A DNA stretch of 64,000 nt. Source: Candidatus Tenderia sp. Its GTDB lineage: Bacteria; Pseudomonadota; Gammaproteobacteria; Tenderiales; Tenderiaceae. Where the stretch lies: the NCBI GenBank assembly GCA_031416075.1, contig JANOSY010000014.1, forward strand, positions 63,157-127,156, in the 5' to 3' direction. Below the pieces are notes generated by a model. That model searched no databases and was not told where the DNA came from. It saw only the letters and a list, made by a program, of their open reading frames with translations. Position numbers and translations under genes: made by a program. This document shows positions 1 through 9,681 of the stretch, piece by piece; within the stretch, counting starts at the first letter, position 1; every line of letters begins with the position of its first letter.

Positions 1-1
1 G

Positions 2-754
2 TCCCAAGCTGGATTGAACGAGGCCGAGGCGCGTTACAAAGAGGCCGAGGCGGAGCACAGCCGTATTAAAGAGATCTATGCCCAGCGGTTGGTGGCGAAG
101 TCTGATCTGGACCGCGCCGAGGCTGCCTTCAATGCCGCCAAGGCGCGGCTGGAGCAGGCCAAGGCGCGAGTAAGAGAGACTCAGGAGCAGCAGGGTTACA
201 CTGTGATTCGCGCCCCCTACAGTGGTGTGCTCACCAAACGTTTTGTTGAGTTGGGTGAGAGTGTTACCGCCGGTCAACCGTTGGTGGCGGGAATGTCACT
301 GGAGCAGCTGCGTGCCGCCGTGAGTGTGCCGCAATCCTTCGTCAAGGCGATGCGCGCCCACGGCAAGGCGACCGTTGAGCTGCCCGGCGGCGAGCGTGTC
401 AACGCCACCTCCATGCGTATCTTCCCCTACGCCGATGAGAACAGCCATGCAGTGAATGTCCGCGTCAATCTGCCTGTCGGCGATTTCGGCATTTATCCCG
501 GTATGTTTGTGAAGGTTGGCTTTGTCACTGGCGAGCAAGAGGGGCTGCTCATTCCGGCGGTGGTGGTGGTCCACCGCAGCGAGCTGACGGCGGTCTATGT
601 CGTCAACAAGGATGGCCGCGTCAGCTTCAGACAGCTGCGCCTGGGCGAGGTCAGCGGCGACCAGGTCGAGGTGCTGGCCGGTCTGGAGAGTGGCGAAAAG
701 GTGGCGCGCGATCCGATCGCTGCCGGGATTGCACTGAAGCAGCAGGCCCGCTGA
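2..754 (+). CDS. RND efflux periplasmic adaptor (membrane fusion protein), 5'-truncated by the window edge
   Basis: Helical hairpin followed by IRAPYSG...V..GE.V..GQPL lipoyl-like motif and C-terminal VEVLAGLESGEKV. The frame is open to the window start. Ends 1 nt before the RND permease. Confidence 0.9.
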   Translation, partial: SQAGLNEAEARYKEAEAEHSRIKEIYAQRLVAKSDLDRAEAAFNAAKARLEQAKARVRETQEQQGYTVIRAPYSGVLTKRFVELGESVTAGQPLVAGMSLEQLRAAVSVPQSFVKAMRAHGKATVELPGGERVNATSMRIFPYADENSHAVNVRVNLPVGDFGIYPGMFVKVGFVTGEQEGLLIPAVVVVHRSELTAVYVVNKDGRVSFRQLRLGEVSGDQVEVLAGLESGEKVARDPIAAGIALKQQAR

Positions 755-755
755 G

Positions 756-3700
756 ATGAGTGACGCACGGTTGGGCATCTCTGGCACCATCGCTAAGAAG
801 TTTTTGCGTAGCGAGATCACGCCGCTGCTGGCTCTGGTCGGCATCCTGATGGGTATCTTTGCGGTGTTGGTCACCCCGCGCGAGGAGGAGCCGCAGATCG
901 ATGTCACCTTCGCCAACATCTTCATCCCTTACCCCGGCGCCACGGCGGTGGAGGTGGAGAACCTTGTTAGCACCCCGGCCGAACAGGTGCTCTCCGAGAT
1001 CAAGGGGGTGGAGCATGTCTACTCGGTGTCGCGCCCCGGCATGTCGATCCTCACCGTGCAGTTTTTGGTGGGCGAGCAGCGCACCCCGAGCATCGTCAAC
1101 CTCTACAACCAGATCTACTCCAACCAGGATTGGCTGCCACAGAATCTCGGTGTCGGTCAGCCGATCATCAAACCCAAAGGGATCGACGATGTGCCCATCG
1201 TCAGCCTGACGCTCTGGAGTGAGGATCAGCAGAAAGGTAGTCTTGAGTTGCAACAGGTGGCCCATGCCCTTGAAGCCGAGTTGAAACGGGTCAAGGGTAC
1301 CCGCGACATCTACACCATCGGCGGCCCCGACCAGGTGGTCCATCTGCTGCTCGACCCGCAGCGCATGGCCGGTTATAACATCAGCTTTGATGAGCTACGT
1401 GCTTCGCTGATGGCGGCCAACTCGACCCGTGAGGCGGGCAAACTAGTCGCCAATAACAGTGAGATCGAGGTTCAGGCCGGCACTTTTCTCACCAGCCCGG
1501 AGCAGGTGGCGCAGCTGATTGTTGGCATGCACAACGGCAGACCAGTCTATCTGCAGGATGTCGCCAAGGTGACACGTGGTGCCGATCAGCCGGAGCAGTT
1601 TGTCTGGTTTGGCACCGGTCCTGCCACCACTCAAACAGTGAAGGGAGAGTTCCCAGCGGTGACCATCGCTATCGCCAAACAGCCGGGCACCAACGCTGCC
1701 ACTATTGCTGATCAGGTGATCGAACGTATCGAACAGCTGCGTGGCACCTTTATCCCCGATGGCGTCAACGTCACGGTAACCCGCAACTACGGCCAGACCG
1801 CTACCGACAAGGCGATGACGTTGATCAAAAAGCTGATCTTTGCCACCTCTGCTGTTGTCTTGCTGGTCTTCTTTGCCTTGGGCAAACGCGAGGCATTTAT
1901 CGTCGGTTCAGCAGTGGTGATTACACTCACCATCACACTCTTCGCCTCGTGGGCGTGGGGCTTTACGTTGAATCGTGTTTCGCTGTTTGCGCTGATCTTC
2001 TCCATCGGCATCCTGGTGGATGACGCCATCGTGGTGGTGGAGAACATCCACCGTCACATGCAGATGGGCAAGACCAATCTGCTCGAAGCGATTCCGGTGG
2101 CAGTGGATGAGGTCGGTGGTCCGACCATTCTCGCCACCTTCACCGTCATCGCCGCACTGTTGCCGATGGCCTTTGTCAGTGGTCTGATGGGACCGTACAT
2201 GAGTCCCATCCCGATCAATGCCAGCATGGGCATGCTCATCTCGCTGGCGGTGGCGTTTGTTGTCACGCCGTGGCTCACTTATGCCGTCTTCAAGAAGCAC
2301 GATCACTCCCCCCTTTCTCAAAGGGGGGCGGGGGGGGATTTAGTGGGTGGCACTGACTCGCAAATCCCCCCCAACCCCCCTTTTTCAAAGGGGGGGGCTG
2401 AGGGAGAGGGGGGGCTTCATCGTTTCTTCCATCGCATCATGGACCCGCTGCTGCAAGGCGATGGTGGCCGCAAGCCACGCTGGCTGCTGTTTGGCGGCAT
2501 CATGGTACTGATCCTGCTGGCGGTGAGCCTCGCCGGTTTCAAACTGGTGGTCATGAAGATGCTCCCCTTCGACAATAAATCTGAATTCCAGATTGTGGTC
2601 GACATGCCAGAGGGGGCGAGCATCGAACAGACCAATCGCGTGTTGCAGGCGCTGGCGGTGCACATCGCCACTGTGCCCGAAGTAACCGACTACCAGATCT
2701 ACGCCGGTACCGCCGCGCCGATCAATTTCAATGGTCTGGTGCGTCAGTACTATCTGCGCAGCGGTGCCAATGTCGGTGATATCCAGGTTAATCTGGTCGA
2801 CAAACATGCGCGTGATCGCAAGAGCCACGAAATCGCCAGCTCGGTGCGCGCCAGGTTGCAGGAGATTGGTCGTCCGTTTGGTGCCAACGTCAAAGTGGTT
2901 GAAGTACCGCCCGGTCCGCCGGTGCAGTCACCACTGGTGGCGGAGATCTATGGTCTCGATTATGTCGGGCAGATTGCCGTTGCCAAACAGGTGCGTAACC
3001 TCTTCGAAAAGACTGCTGAGGTGGTGGATGTGGATGACAGTGTCGAACACCCTGCCCAGCGCCTGATCATGCAGGTCGATCGCCAGCGTGCTGCCCTGCT
3101 CGGCGTGGCGCAGGAGACGGTGGTGGCGACCCTGGCCGCAGCGCTGGGGGGTGAGGATATCGGCTATCTGCACGGCACTACCGTGAAGTATCCGTTGCCA
3201 TTACGCATTGAACTGCCGGTGGCCAACAAGGCCGACGTGCAGCAGCTGCTTGATCTTAAGGTGCGGGGCCATAAGGGGCTGGTGCGGCTCTCTGAGATTG
3301 TCACCATCGAGCAGAGTCGCATTGAGTACAGCATCTATCATAAGGATCTGTTGCCGGTCGTTTTTGTCACCGCCGACGTGGCGGGTCATACCGACAGCCC
3401 GCTCTACGGCATGTTTGATATCTTCAGCCAGTTGAAAGAGACACCGATCAATGGCGAGCGGGTGCAGCAGACCTTGATCAGCCAGCCGGAAAACCCCTAT
3501 CTCTACAGCCTTAAGTGGGATGGTGAGTGGCAGGTCACCTACGAGACCTTCCGCGACATGGGCATCGCCTATGGCGTCGGTATGATCCTGATCTACCTGC
3601 TGGTGGTGGCGCAGTTCCGTTCTTATCTGGTGCCGATCATCATCATGGCGCCGATACCGCTGACGATTATTGGCGTTATGCCCGGCCATGCGCTGCTGGG

Positions 3701-4031
3701 CGCCAACTTTACCGCCACCTCGATGATCGGCATGATCGCGCTGGCGGGCATCATCGTTCGTAATTCGATCCTGCTGGTGGACTTCATTAATCAGCAGCTC
3801 AGGGAAGGAATGGCGTTTGAAGAGGCGGTGATCCGCGCGGCGGCAGTGCGCGCCAAGCCCATCATCCTCACCGGGCTGGCAGCGATGATCGGAGCCTTCT
3901 TTATCCTTGATGACCCAATCTTTAACGGCCTGGCGATCTCAATGATCTTTGGCATCCTGGTCTCCACCCTGCTGACGCTGGTGGTGATTCCGGTGATGTT
4001 TTACGCTTTTATGCGTAAACGCATGACTTAG
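756..4031 (+). CDS. RND efflux permease (AcrB/AcrD/AcrF family)
   Basis: 1091 aa with PREEEPQI, GILVDDAIVVVEN, GIIVRNSILLVDF and RAKPIILT motifs. Confidence 0.95.
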   Translation: MSDARLGISGTIAKKFLRSEITPLLALVGILMGIFAVLVTPREEEPQIDVTFANIFIPYPGATAVEVENLVSTPAEQVLSEIKGVEHVYSVSRPGMSILTVQFLVGEQRTPSIVNLYNQIYSNQDWLPQNLGVGQPIIKPKGIDDVPIVSLTLWSEDQQKGSLELQQVAHALEAELKRVKGTRDIYTIGGPDQVVHLLLDPQRMAGYNISFDELRASLMAANSTREAGKLVANNSEIEVQAGTFLTSPEQVAQLIVGMHNGRPVYLQDVAKVTRGADQPEQFVWFGTGPATTQTVKGEFPAVTIAIAKQPGTNAATIADQVIERIEQLRGTFIPDGVNVTVTRNYGQTATDKAMTLIKKLIFATSAVVLLVFFALGKREAFIVGSAVVITLTITLFASWAWGFTLNRVSLFALIFSIGILVDDAIVVVENIHRHMQMGKTNLLEAIPVAVDEVGGPTILATFTVIAALLPMAFVSGLMGPYMSPIPINASMGMLISLAVAFVVTPWLTYAVFKKHDHSPLSQRGAGGDLVGGTDSQIPPNPPFSKGGAEGEGGLHRFFHRIMDPLLQGDGGRKPRWLLFGGIMVLILLAVSLAGFKLVVMKMLPFDNKSEFQIVVDMPEGASIEQTNRVLQALAVHIATVPEVTDYQIYAGTAAPINFNGLVRQYYLRSGANVGDIQVNLVDKHARDRKSHEIASSVRARLQEIGRPFGANVKVVEVPPGPPVQSPLVAEIYGLDYVGQIAVAKQVRNLFEKTAEVVDVDDSVEHPAQRLIMQVDRQRAALLGVAQETVVATLAAALGGEDIGYLHGTTVKYPLPLRIELPVANKADVQQLLDLKVRGHKGLVRLSEIVTIEQSRIEYSIYHKDLLPVVFVTADVAGHTDSPLYGMFDIFSQLKETPINGERVQQTLISQPENPYLYSLKWDGEWQVTYETFRDMGIAYGVGMILIYLLVVAQFRSYLVPIIIMAPIPLTIIGVMPGHALLGANFTATSMIGMIALAGIIVRNSILLVDFINQQLREGMAFEEAVIRAAAVRAKPIILTGLAAMIGAFFILDDPIFNGLAISMIFGILVSTLLTLVVIPVMFYAFMRKRMT
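2308..2396. repeat. Composite palindromic repeat inserted in frame in the RND permease
   Basis: Two inverted ~34-nt units (2308-2341 and 2362-2396), each containing CCCCCCTTT-N3-AAAGGGGGG, separated by a 20-nt spacer. Confidence 0.85.
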
Positions 4032-4047
4032 AAAAGCTGATCGACGC

Positions 4048-4084
4048 CTCCGTTCGTGGTGAGCCTGTCGAACCATGAACGGAG
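4048..4084. repeat. REP-like hairpin between convergent genes
   Basis: CTCCGTTCGTGGT-gagcctgtcga-ACCATGAACGGAG, a 13-bp stem with one G-U pair and no U tract. Confidence 0.7.
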
Positions 4085-4104
4085 TAGTCAATCAGTGGAT
4101 GCCT

Positions 4105-4866
4105 TTAGCGCCGTTTTCTGGCGCGGCCTTTAAGGCTGCGCCAGAGGCCGGTGAGTGCCAGCAGCACCATGGCTACGGCCGCACCATCCATCACATAGGG
4201 GCCCCATTGGCCAAAGAGTCGGCCGCTGTGCAGGTCGAGCAGTACCCGTTCGTAATCGAGTGTCTGTTGGCGATAGTTTGAGAGCAGGCTTTCGCTGTAG
4301 GTGGCATCCACCTGGCTGGCTTGTGACCACTGGATGTTCAGGTGCGGGTCTGCCGCCTGCCAGCGGAGCAACTCCTGGTCGGCCACCACAATCTGTGCTC
4401 CCTGACGGATCGCGACGTTGCCGTCAGCATCGCTGCCAATGGCGTCGATCTTATCCATGCCTTGTGGCAGGGTGTCGAGCCGTTCCACCAGTTCACCTTC
4501 GTGGGAAAGCAGCAGCAGAGTGTTGCTGAGGGCAACTATCGTCAGCTGCTCATTACTGGTGATGCCGATCAGCGGCTGTTTACTGCTTAACAGCGGCTGG
4601 CTGTTGAAGTAGAGCTGTTCGCCAAGCTGACTGACGCGGTGGCTGCCACTCTCGAAGTGGCTGATCTGGTCGGGCATGTCGATGCCATACCACTGCAACA
4701 GCAGGCTGGAATCGACCTGGCGTTGGTCCAGTTTCAGGGTATCGGTATGGTTGAGCAGCAGACCGCTTACCGCCAGTACCATAATAAAGAGCGCTGCCCC
4801 GATGCCAACGCGGCGGTGCAGTGAGGCGGGGCGCAGCTGCGCCCGGAAAGGGGGGCGGCGTCTCAT
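4105..4866 (-). CDS. PepSY-associated TM helix domain protein
   Basis: LHRRVG...LAVSGLLLNH at the N-terminus and LDLHSGRLFG...LALTGLW at the C-terminus (conserved His motifs of PepSY_TM). Confidence 0.85.
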   Translation of the reverse strand: MRRRPPFRAQLRPASLHRRVGIGAALFIMVLAVSGLLLNHTDTLKLDQRQVDSSLLLQWYGIDMPDQISHFESGSHRVSQLGEQLYFNSQPLLSSKQPLIGITSNEQLTIVALSNTLLLLSHEGELVERLDTLPQGMDKIDAIGSDADGNVAIRQGAQIVVADQELLRWQAADPHLNIQWSQASQVDATYSESLLSNYRQQTLDYERVLLDLHSGRLFGQWGPYVMDGAAVAMVLLALTGLWRSLKGRARKRR

Positions 4867-5405
4867 GGCCGGTTGATCACCTGTTGATGGAACAGCAGCG
4901 CCAGACGCGCTAGACGGGTGGCGGCCCGGACGGAGAGTGTGGCGCCGGAGATGCCATCAACCGTGCTACTCAGTTGGCCGTCTCTATCCAACGTAAGCTT
5001 GTCGAACTGGCGGGTGAAAAAGGGGTGGTGGATTTCGCTGCCACGGCTCTCCCGAAAGATCAGCACTTCCAGTGCCTCGATGGCGTCCGCGTTGACTACG
5101 ATGCCGAGTGTGATCGGCTGTTCCTTGCCGATCTCCTCCAGTACCCAGACGCTACGCTGCTGCTGACGCCAATAACGTAGCCGTAGTGCTGGATAGTCAT
5201 GGCCGAGAATGGCGTTTACCGATTTTTGCAGCTCTTTATCCAGCCATAGCAGTTTTGGTGCGGGTGGCTGGTTGGCAAAGCTCTGTTGAATGAAGTCGGC
5301 GGGTGGCAGATAGGTGCCGCGTGCCGTCGCTGGCGTGGCGGCAAGCAGCCACGCCAGGGCGAGCAACAGCATCGCCAGTGATGATTTTGGTGACACTGTC
5401 GGCAT
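4863..5405 (-). CDS. Exported FMN-binding domain protein
   Basis: Signal peptide, IFRESRG.E motif and DGISGATLS flavinylation motif. Confidence 0.85.
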   Translation of the reverse strand: MPTVSPKSSLAMLLLALAWLLAATPATARGTYLPPADFIQQSFANQPPAPKLLWLDKELQKSVNAILGHDYPALRLRYWRQQQRSVWVLEEIGKEQPITLGIVVNADAIEALEVLIFRESRGSEIHHPFFTRQFDKLTLDRDGQLSSTVDGISGATLSVRAATRLARLALLFHQQVINRP

Positions 5406-6532
5406 CAGAACTGGTAGCCAAGGCCCAGGTTAAAACCATCATTGCCTATGGTGCCGTGCTGGTTTTGAAGATCGGCCTTGACCACCACGCTGGGGTGGGG
5501 CCAGTAATTAATGCCGATGTCGGTCTGTTTCTGGACGCTCTCACTGCTATCGCCGGCCTCGTTATCCCAAGCGTTGTAGCGGGCAAATACCCCCCACTGT
5601 TCCGAGAGTTTGTAGGAGGGTTCGACATACCAGCCGCTCTGTTTATTGCGGCCAATTGCCTTGGCGGCACTGCTGTCGATATCCCAGGCAGCGTAGAGGG
5701 CACGCAGACCAAAGGGTCCCTGCTGGATGACTGCATGGGCCTCCAGTAGGGTGGCGCTGGCTTTTGTTGTGGTGCCCTGGGTGATGTCGTCCTGCTGCTG
5801 CGCCGTCACTCCAATCTGTGTGCCAGCCTGTGGTTGCCATTGCAGGCGGGCGGTAACGGCCAGCGCTTCAGCGGGCGCTGATGCCACCTTCTGACGGCCA
5901 TCGCGAATCTTGTAGGCCTTGCTGCCGCTGGTCGGCACACTCAGGCCGGAGGTGACAGAGACGTCATAACTCCAGGCTGGGGCGGGTTTGCCCGAAATCA
6001 TCGCGCCGCCTTCCCACCAAGTGGTAGGGATGATGTTCTTCTCAACCGGGTTGCGCTCAACACCATAGAAAGTGGCGGGTTCGTGGGTCTCGTTGATAAT
6101 GCCAACAGGCAGCAGGAAGAGACCGCCAGTGACAGCCAGATTGTTATTGATGTCAAACTGGATGGCGGCCTGTTCCAGTTCTACCTCGCCGGGTTTGCCT
6201 TCGCCGCTCAGTGAGTGTTCCAGCTCCAGCTCTGAGAAGAAGCGCAGGCGGTCAGAAAACTCATGGTTGAAAAACAGCACAAAGCGGTGGAAGTCGATCT
6301 CTTTGCTACTGTCGAGGTTGTTGTAGTGCAGCTCACCGTAACCGCCGATGGAGGTGGCACTCTGGCCCGAACCCTTTTGCATCAGGCCATCCACACTGCT
6401 GCTGGTCTGTTCGAGTTGTAATTGCAGGGTTTTGAGCTGTTGTTGCAGTGACTCGATATCAGTATTGGCCAACGCCGGGGTGCTGAGCAGGGCGGTAATC
6501 ATGCTGATGACTAAGGGTTTTTTCTTGAACAC
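5405..6532 (-). CDS. Outer-membrane porin (OprO/OprP-like), probably iron regulated
   Basis: Signal peptide, short coiled coil, GGYGELHYN, HEP..FYGVER and C-terminal GLGYQF beta signal. The GTG start at 6532 follows an AGGAG RBS. Confidence 0.85.
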   Translation of the reverse strand: MFKKKPLVISMITALLSTPALANTDIESLQQQLKTLQLQLEQTSSSVDGLMQKGSGQSATSIGGYGELHYNNLDSSKEIDFHRFVLFFNHEFSDRLRFFSELELEHSLSGEGKPGEVELEQAAIQFDINNNLAVTGGLFLLPVGIINETHEPATFYGVERNPVEKNIIPTTWWEGGAMISGKPAPAWSYDVSVTSGLSVPTSGSKAYKIRDGRQKVASAPAEALAVTARLQWQPQAGTQIGVTAQQQDDITQGTTTKASATLLEAHAVIQQGPFGLRALYAAWDIDSSAAKAIGRNKQSGWYVEPSYKLSEQWGVFARYNAWDNEAGDSSESVQKQTDIGINYWPHPSVVVKADLQNQHGTIGNDGFNLGLGYQF

Positions 6533-6550
6533 GGGAAAGCTCCTATCTTT

Positions 6551-6569
6551 GTTAATGAGAATCATTATT
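6551..6569. promoter_or_regulatory. Fur box
   Basis: GTTAATGAGAATCATTATT matches GATAATGATAATCATTATC at 16/19 positions, just upstream of the porin RBS. A weaker copy lies near 6608-6626. Confidence 0.85.
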
Positions 6570-6667
6570 GATTGATGCTTATGTTACAAGGCGAGACATT
6601 AGGATACAAGTGATAATTATTGTTATTTGCATTTAGATTTAATAGATGACAAATATTTAATATGAAT

Positions 6668-6727
6668 ATTCTTGACCTCAAGTTTTTATGAAACTATCTT
6701 TTCAAAAAGTATCTTCATATAAAGATA
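6668..6727. promoter_or_regulatory. Tandem MarR/PecS-type operators
   Basis: TATCTT-N6-AAGATA (6710-6727) plus related CTT-N6-AAG sites at 6695-6712 and 6668-6685, upstream of the EamA gene. Confidence 0.7.
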
Positions 6728-6850
6728 ATTTTTCTCTGCAAATTAGGCTGATTTATAACGTTTTGACGATGATGTTTTTTTACAAGGATGGGTGGCTATG
6801 GATGGTTTTGTTCTAAGTAACGATGGCTCTATAGTTGTTGGGCCTCTGTT

Positions 6851-7753
6851 ATGAAGACTCATGGAACGGTGGAGGATCTTTTATTGACGGCCCTTGCCCC
6901 TATTGTTTGGGGCAGCACTTACGTGGTGACAACGGAGCTATTGCCGCCTGATAGCCCGTTGTGGGCGGCGGTCATCAGGGCATTGCCTGCGGGCATCATT
7001 CTGCTCCTGTTTCACCCTAAATTGCCGCAAGGGGGCTGGTGGTTTAAGGGCGTGCTGTTGGGGGGGCTGAATATTGGGGCATTTTTCTATTTTCTGTTTG
7101 TTGCGGCGTATCTGCTCCCCGGCGGTGTTGCCGCCCTTGTGATGTCGTGTCAGCCCTTGGTGGTTCTACTGCTTGGGTTGTTGCTGTTGCGTCAGCAGAT
7201 CAAGGTGTCTCAAGTCGTGGCGTGTGTGCTGGCAATGGTGGGTATTGCACTGCTGGTATTACAGCTCTCTGTTAAGTTGAATATGTTAGGCATTTTGGCG
7301 GGACTGGCGGGGGCAATTAGCATGGCAGCCGGGATTGTCTTAACCAAACGCTGGGGGCGTTCTGAAGGGGTGTCGATAGTGACATTTACGGGTTGGCAGC
7401 TCACTGCCGGGGGTCTTATGCTCGTTCCTGTAGCGTTAATGACGGAACCCTTTCCTGCCCCGTTCACCGTGGCCAACTGGATTGGTTTTGGTTACTTGAG
7501 CTTGGTGGGCACGCTGTTGGCGTATATGATCTGGTTCAGGGGGATTGGTCGATTGCCTGCGGTCACCGTTTCGTTTTTGGCGCTGTTTAGCCCTTTGGCT
7601 GCGGCGGTGTTGGGGTTTGCTATTTTGGGTGAAGGTTTTACCTATCTGCAGATGTTGGGCGGGGTCGTGATTGTGATATCCATTGTATTGGCCCAGTGGA
7701 TAAAAACAGAGGTGGCGGTTGCAAGATCTGATGGTACGGATGTCAGACGTTAA
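6851..7753 (+). CDS. pecM: EamA/DMT transporter, PecM-like
   Basis: TALAPIVWGSTYVVTTELLPP and RALPAG N-terminus typical of PecM; about 10 TM segments. Confidence 0.8.
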   Translation: MKTHGTVEDLLLTALAPIVWGSTYVVTTELLPPDSPLWAAVIRALPAGIILLLFHPKLPQGGWWFKGVLLGGLNIGAFFYFLFVAAYLLPGGVAALVMSCQPLVVLLLGLLLLRQQIKVSQVVACVLAMVGIALLVLQLSVKLNMLGILAGLAGAISMAAGIVLTKRWGRSEGVSIVTFTGWQLTAGGLMLVPVALMTEPFPAPFTVANWIGFGYLSLVGTLLAYMIWFRGIGRLPAVTVSFLALFSPLAAAVLGFAILGEGFTYLQMLGGVVIVISIVLAQWIKTEVAVARSDGTDVRR

Positions 7754-8244
7754 TTTTGTGAGTGTTGAAGCAACAGTTTTTTCAGTAGTCCGGCGATGGT
7801 CTCTTGTTCGTCTTTGGATAGCCCGCTTAATAGCTCACTGCCCTTGTTGACGTGATGTGAAATCATAATATTGATTAAATCCAGCCCCTCGGGTGTCAAC
7901 GACACAATAATGCTGCGGCGGTCGGTTGAATCTGGTGTGCGTTGCACCAGGTTTTTTGACTCGAGCCGGTCAATTCGGTTGGTCATGGCCCCTGAAGAGA
8001 GCATTAGGCTTTTGAACAGGTTGTTGGGCATTAGCGCATACGGTTTGCCGGAACGTAACAGGGTGGCGAGTACATCAAACTCACCCATGTTGAGTTCATA
8101 TTGTGAGAAAACCTGCTGTAGCTCGTTGCTGATGATGGCATTTAGGCGTACCAGTCGCCCGATAACGGCCATCGGTGAAGGATCGATATCCGGTCGTTCG
8201 TCATGCCACTGCTCTATTACTAAATCTACGTGATCTTTTGTCAT
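7750..8244 (-). CDS. pecS: MarR family regulator, PecS/UrtR-like
   Basis: DHVD....QW..ERPD.D N-terminal helix, FDVLATL.RSG.PY, TNRIDRLE and DRRS motifs. Confidence 0.8.
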   Translation of the reverse strand: MTKDHVDLVIEQWHDERPDIDPSPMAVIGRLVRLNAIISNELQQVFSQYELNMGEFDVLATLLRSGKPYALMPNNLFKSLMLSSGAMTNRIDRLESKNLVQRTPDSTDRRSIIVSLTPEGLDLINIMISHHVNKGSELLSGLSKDEQETIAGLLKKLLLQHSQN

Positions 8245-8472
8245 GGGTGGATGCTAGCACTTACACAATTTTTGGTAAATATTGGGACATGGGTGGTAAA
8301 AGTGTTGTTGTCTGTTTTTAGGTGTAGGGAGAGTTGGAACGCTTTTGATCAAACCGTAACAAAACATTGGTGATAGACGACGGGCAGGGTGAGTGCTGTC
8401 TGATTCAGGATTGTTTAAGAGTTGTCGACTACAGTAGCAAGTAATGGTGTGCGATAGGGTCTGGATCAGGGC

Positions 8473-9660
8473 ATGGTAGACAAGAATCAAAAAAGTGGTC
8501 GATCTGTGCTGGTATGGGATCTGCCGGTGCGACTCTTCCACTGGCTGTTGGTGACGGCGTTTGTGATGGCGTGGTTGAGTTACGAAGATAATCGTTATCT
8601 GGATGTACATATATTTGCCGGTTATACCTTTTTGGGATTGTTAGTTTTCCGATTGGTATGGGGTATTTTTGGCACACATTACGCACGCTTTCGTGAGTTT
8701 AGCTACGGGCCTGGTGACGCGATCGCTTATATCAAAGGACTCTTTGGCGACGATATGCGTCGTTACGTGGGTCACAACCCCGCCGGGGCGTGGGCGATTT
8801 TTGCCCTGATTGCCATGGGGTTGGTATTAACTGTATCCGGGCTTTTTGTCTTGGGCGGGGAGGAGCGCCACGGACCCTTGGCGGGAATTGTGGGTTTTCG
8901 TCAGAGTGTGCCGTTCCGCGAGACACATGAGTTTGTCGCTTACACGTTGCTGCTGCTGGTATTTGTACATGTGTGCGGTGTGTTGGTTGAGAGTTTTTTT
9001 CATCGTGAAAATCTGGTTGGTTCCATGTTTAGAGGAACTAAGTCGGTTGCCACTGCAATACCGGGTGTTCGCCCTCACCGTCTGGTCGGTGCCGCCATTA
9101 TTGCGGTGGTGGCCGCTTATGTGGTTGCTACCTTTGGTGGTTATCTGACGGCGACTAAAGAGCAGCCCTATCTGCCGTTTCAGGGGCCGCATCTGGTGAT
9201 GAATAATCCCTGGACTGAGGCGTGTAGTGAGTGCCACCTTGCTTTCCATCCTTCGCTATTACCACTGCGTTCATGGCAACAGATATTGAAACAGCAAGCG
9301 GACCATTTTGGCGATGATCTGGCCCTGGATGGGGATACCGTAAATGAGTTGCTGGCATATGCCCAGAAAAATTCTGCTGATTTAGAGCAGACGGAACCCG
9401 CCTGGCGAATGAACAGCAACATTCCCAGCAGTGAGACCCCATTGCGTATTACTGACGTGAGCTACTGGGAACGTAAACATGAAGAGATAGACACTGAGGT
9501 TTGGAAACGTAATGAGATTAAAAACAAGGCCAATTGTGGGGCTTGTCATTTCGATGCCAAACAGGGCACCTTTGAAGATGCTGATATGCGCATTCCAGGA
9601 GAGAATGCTTTTGATAGCATTGAGTGGTTGAAATCCATTTTAGGCGGTAAAGATAAATAA
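8473..9660 (+). CDS. Cytochrome b (Ni-hydrogenase cyt b family) fused to a diheme cytochrome c (DHC) domain
   Basis: VWDLPVRLFHW and GHNPAG in the cyt b part; CSECH..AFHPSLLP.RSW...HFG and CGACH in the C-terminal domain. Confidence 0.9.
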   Translation: MVDKNQKSGRSVLVWDLPVRLFHWLLVTAFVMAWLSYEDNRYLDVHIFAGYTFLGLLVFRLVWGIFGTHYARFREFSYGPGDAIAYIKGLFGDDMRRYVGHNPAGAWAIFALIAMGLVLTVSGLFVLGGEERHGPLAGIVGFRQSVPFRETHEFVAYTLLLLVFVHVCGVLVESFFHRENLVGSMFRGTKSVATAIPGVRPHRLVGAAIIAVVAAYVVATFGGYLTATKEQPYLPFQGPHLVMNNPWTEACSECHLAFHPSLLPLRSWQQILKQQADHFGDDLALDGDTVNELLAYAQKNSADLEQTEPAWRMNSNIPSSETPLRITDVSYWERKHEEIDTEVWKRNEIKNKANCGACHFDAKQGTFEDADMRIPGENAFDSIEWLKSILGGKDK

Positions 9661-9681
9661 TATTGTTCAAGGAGCAGTGTC

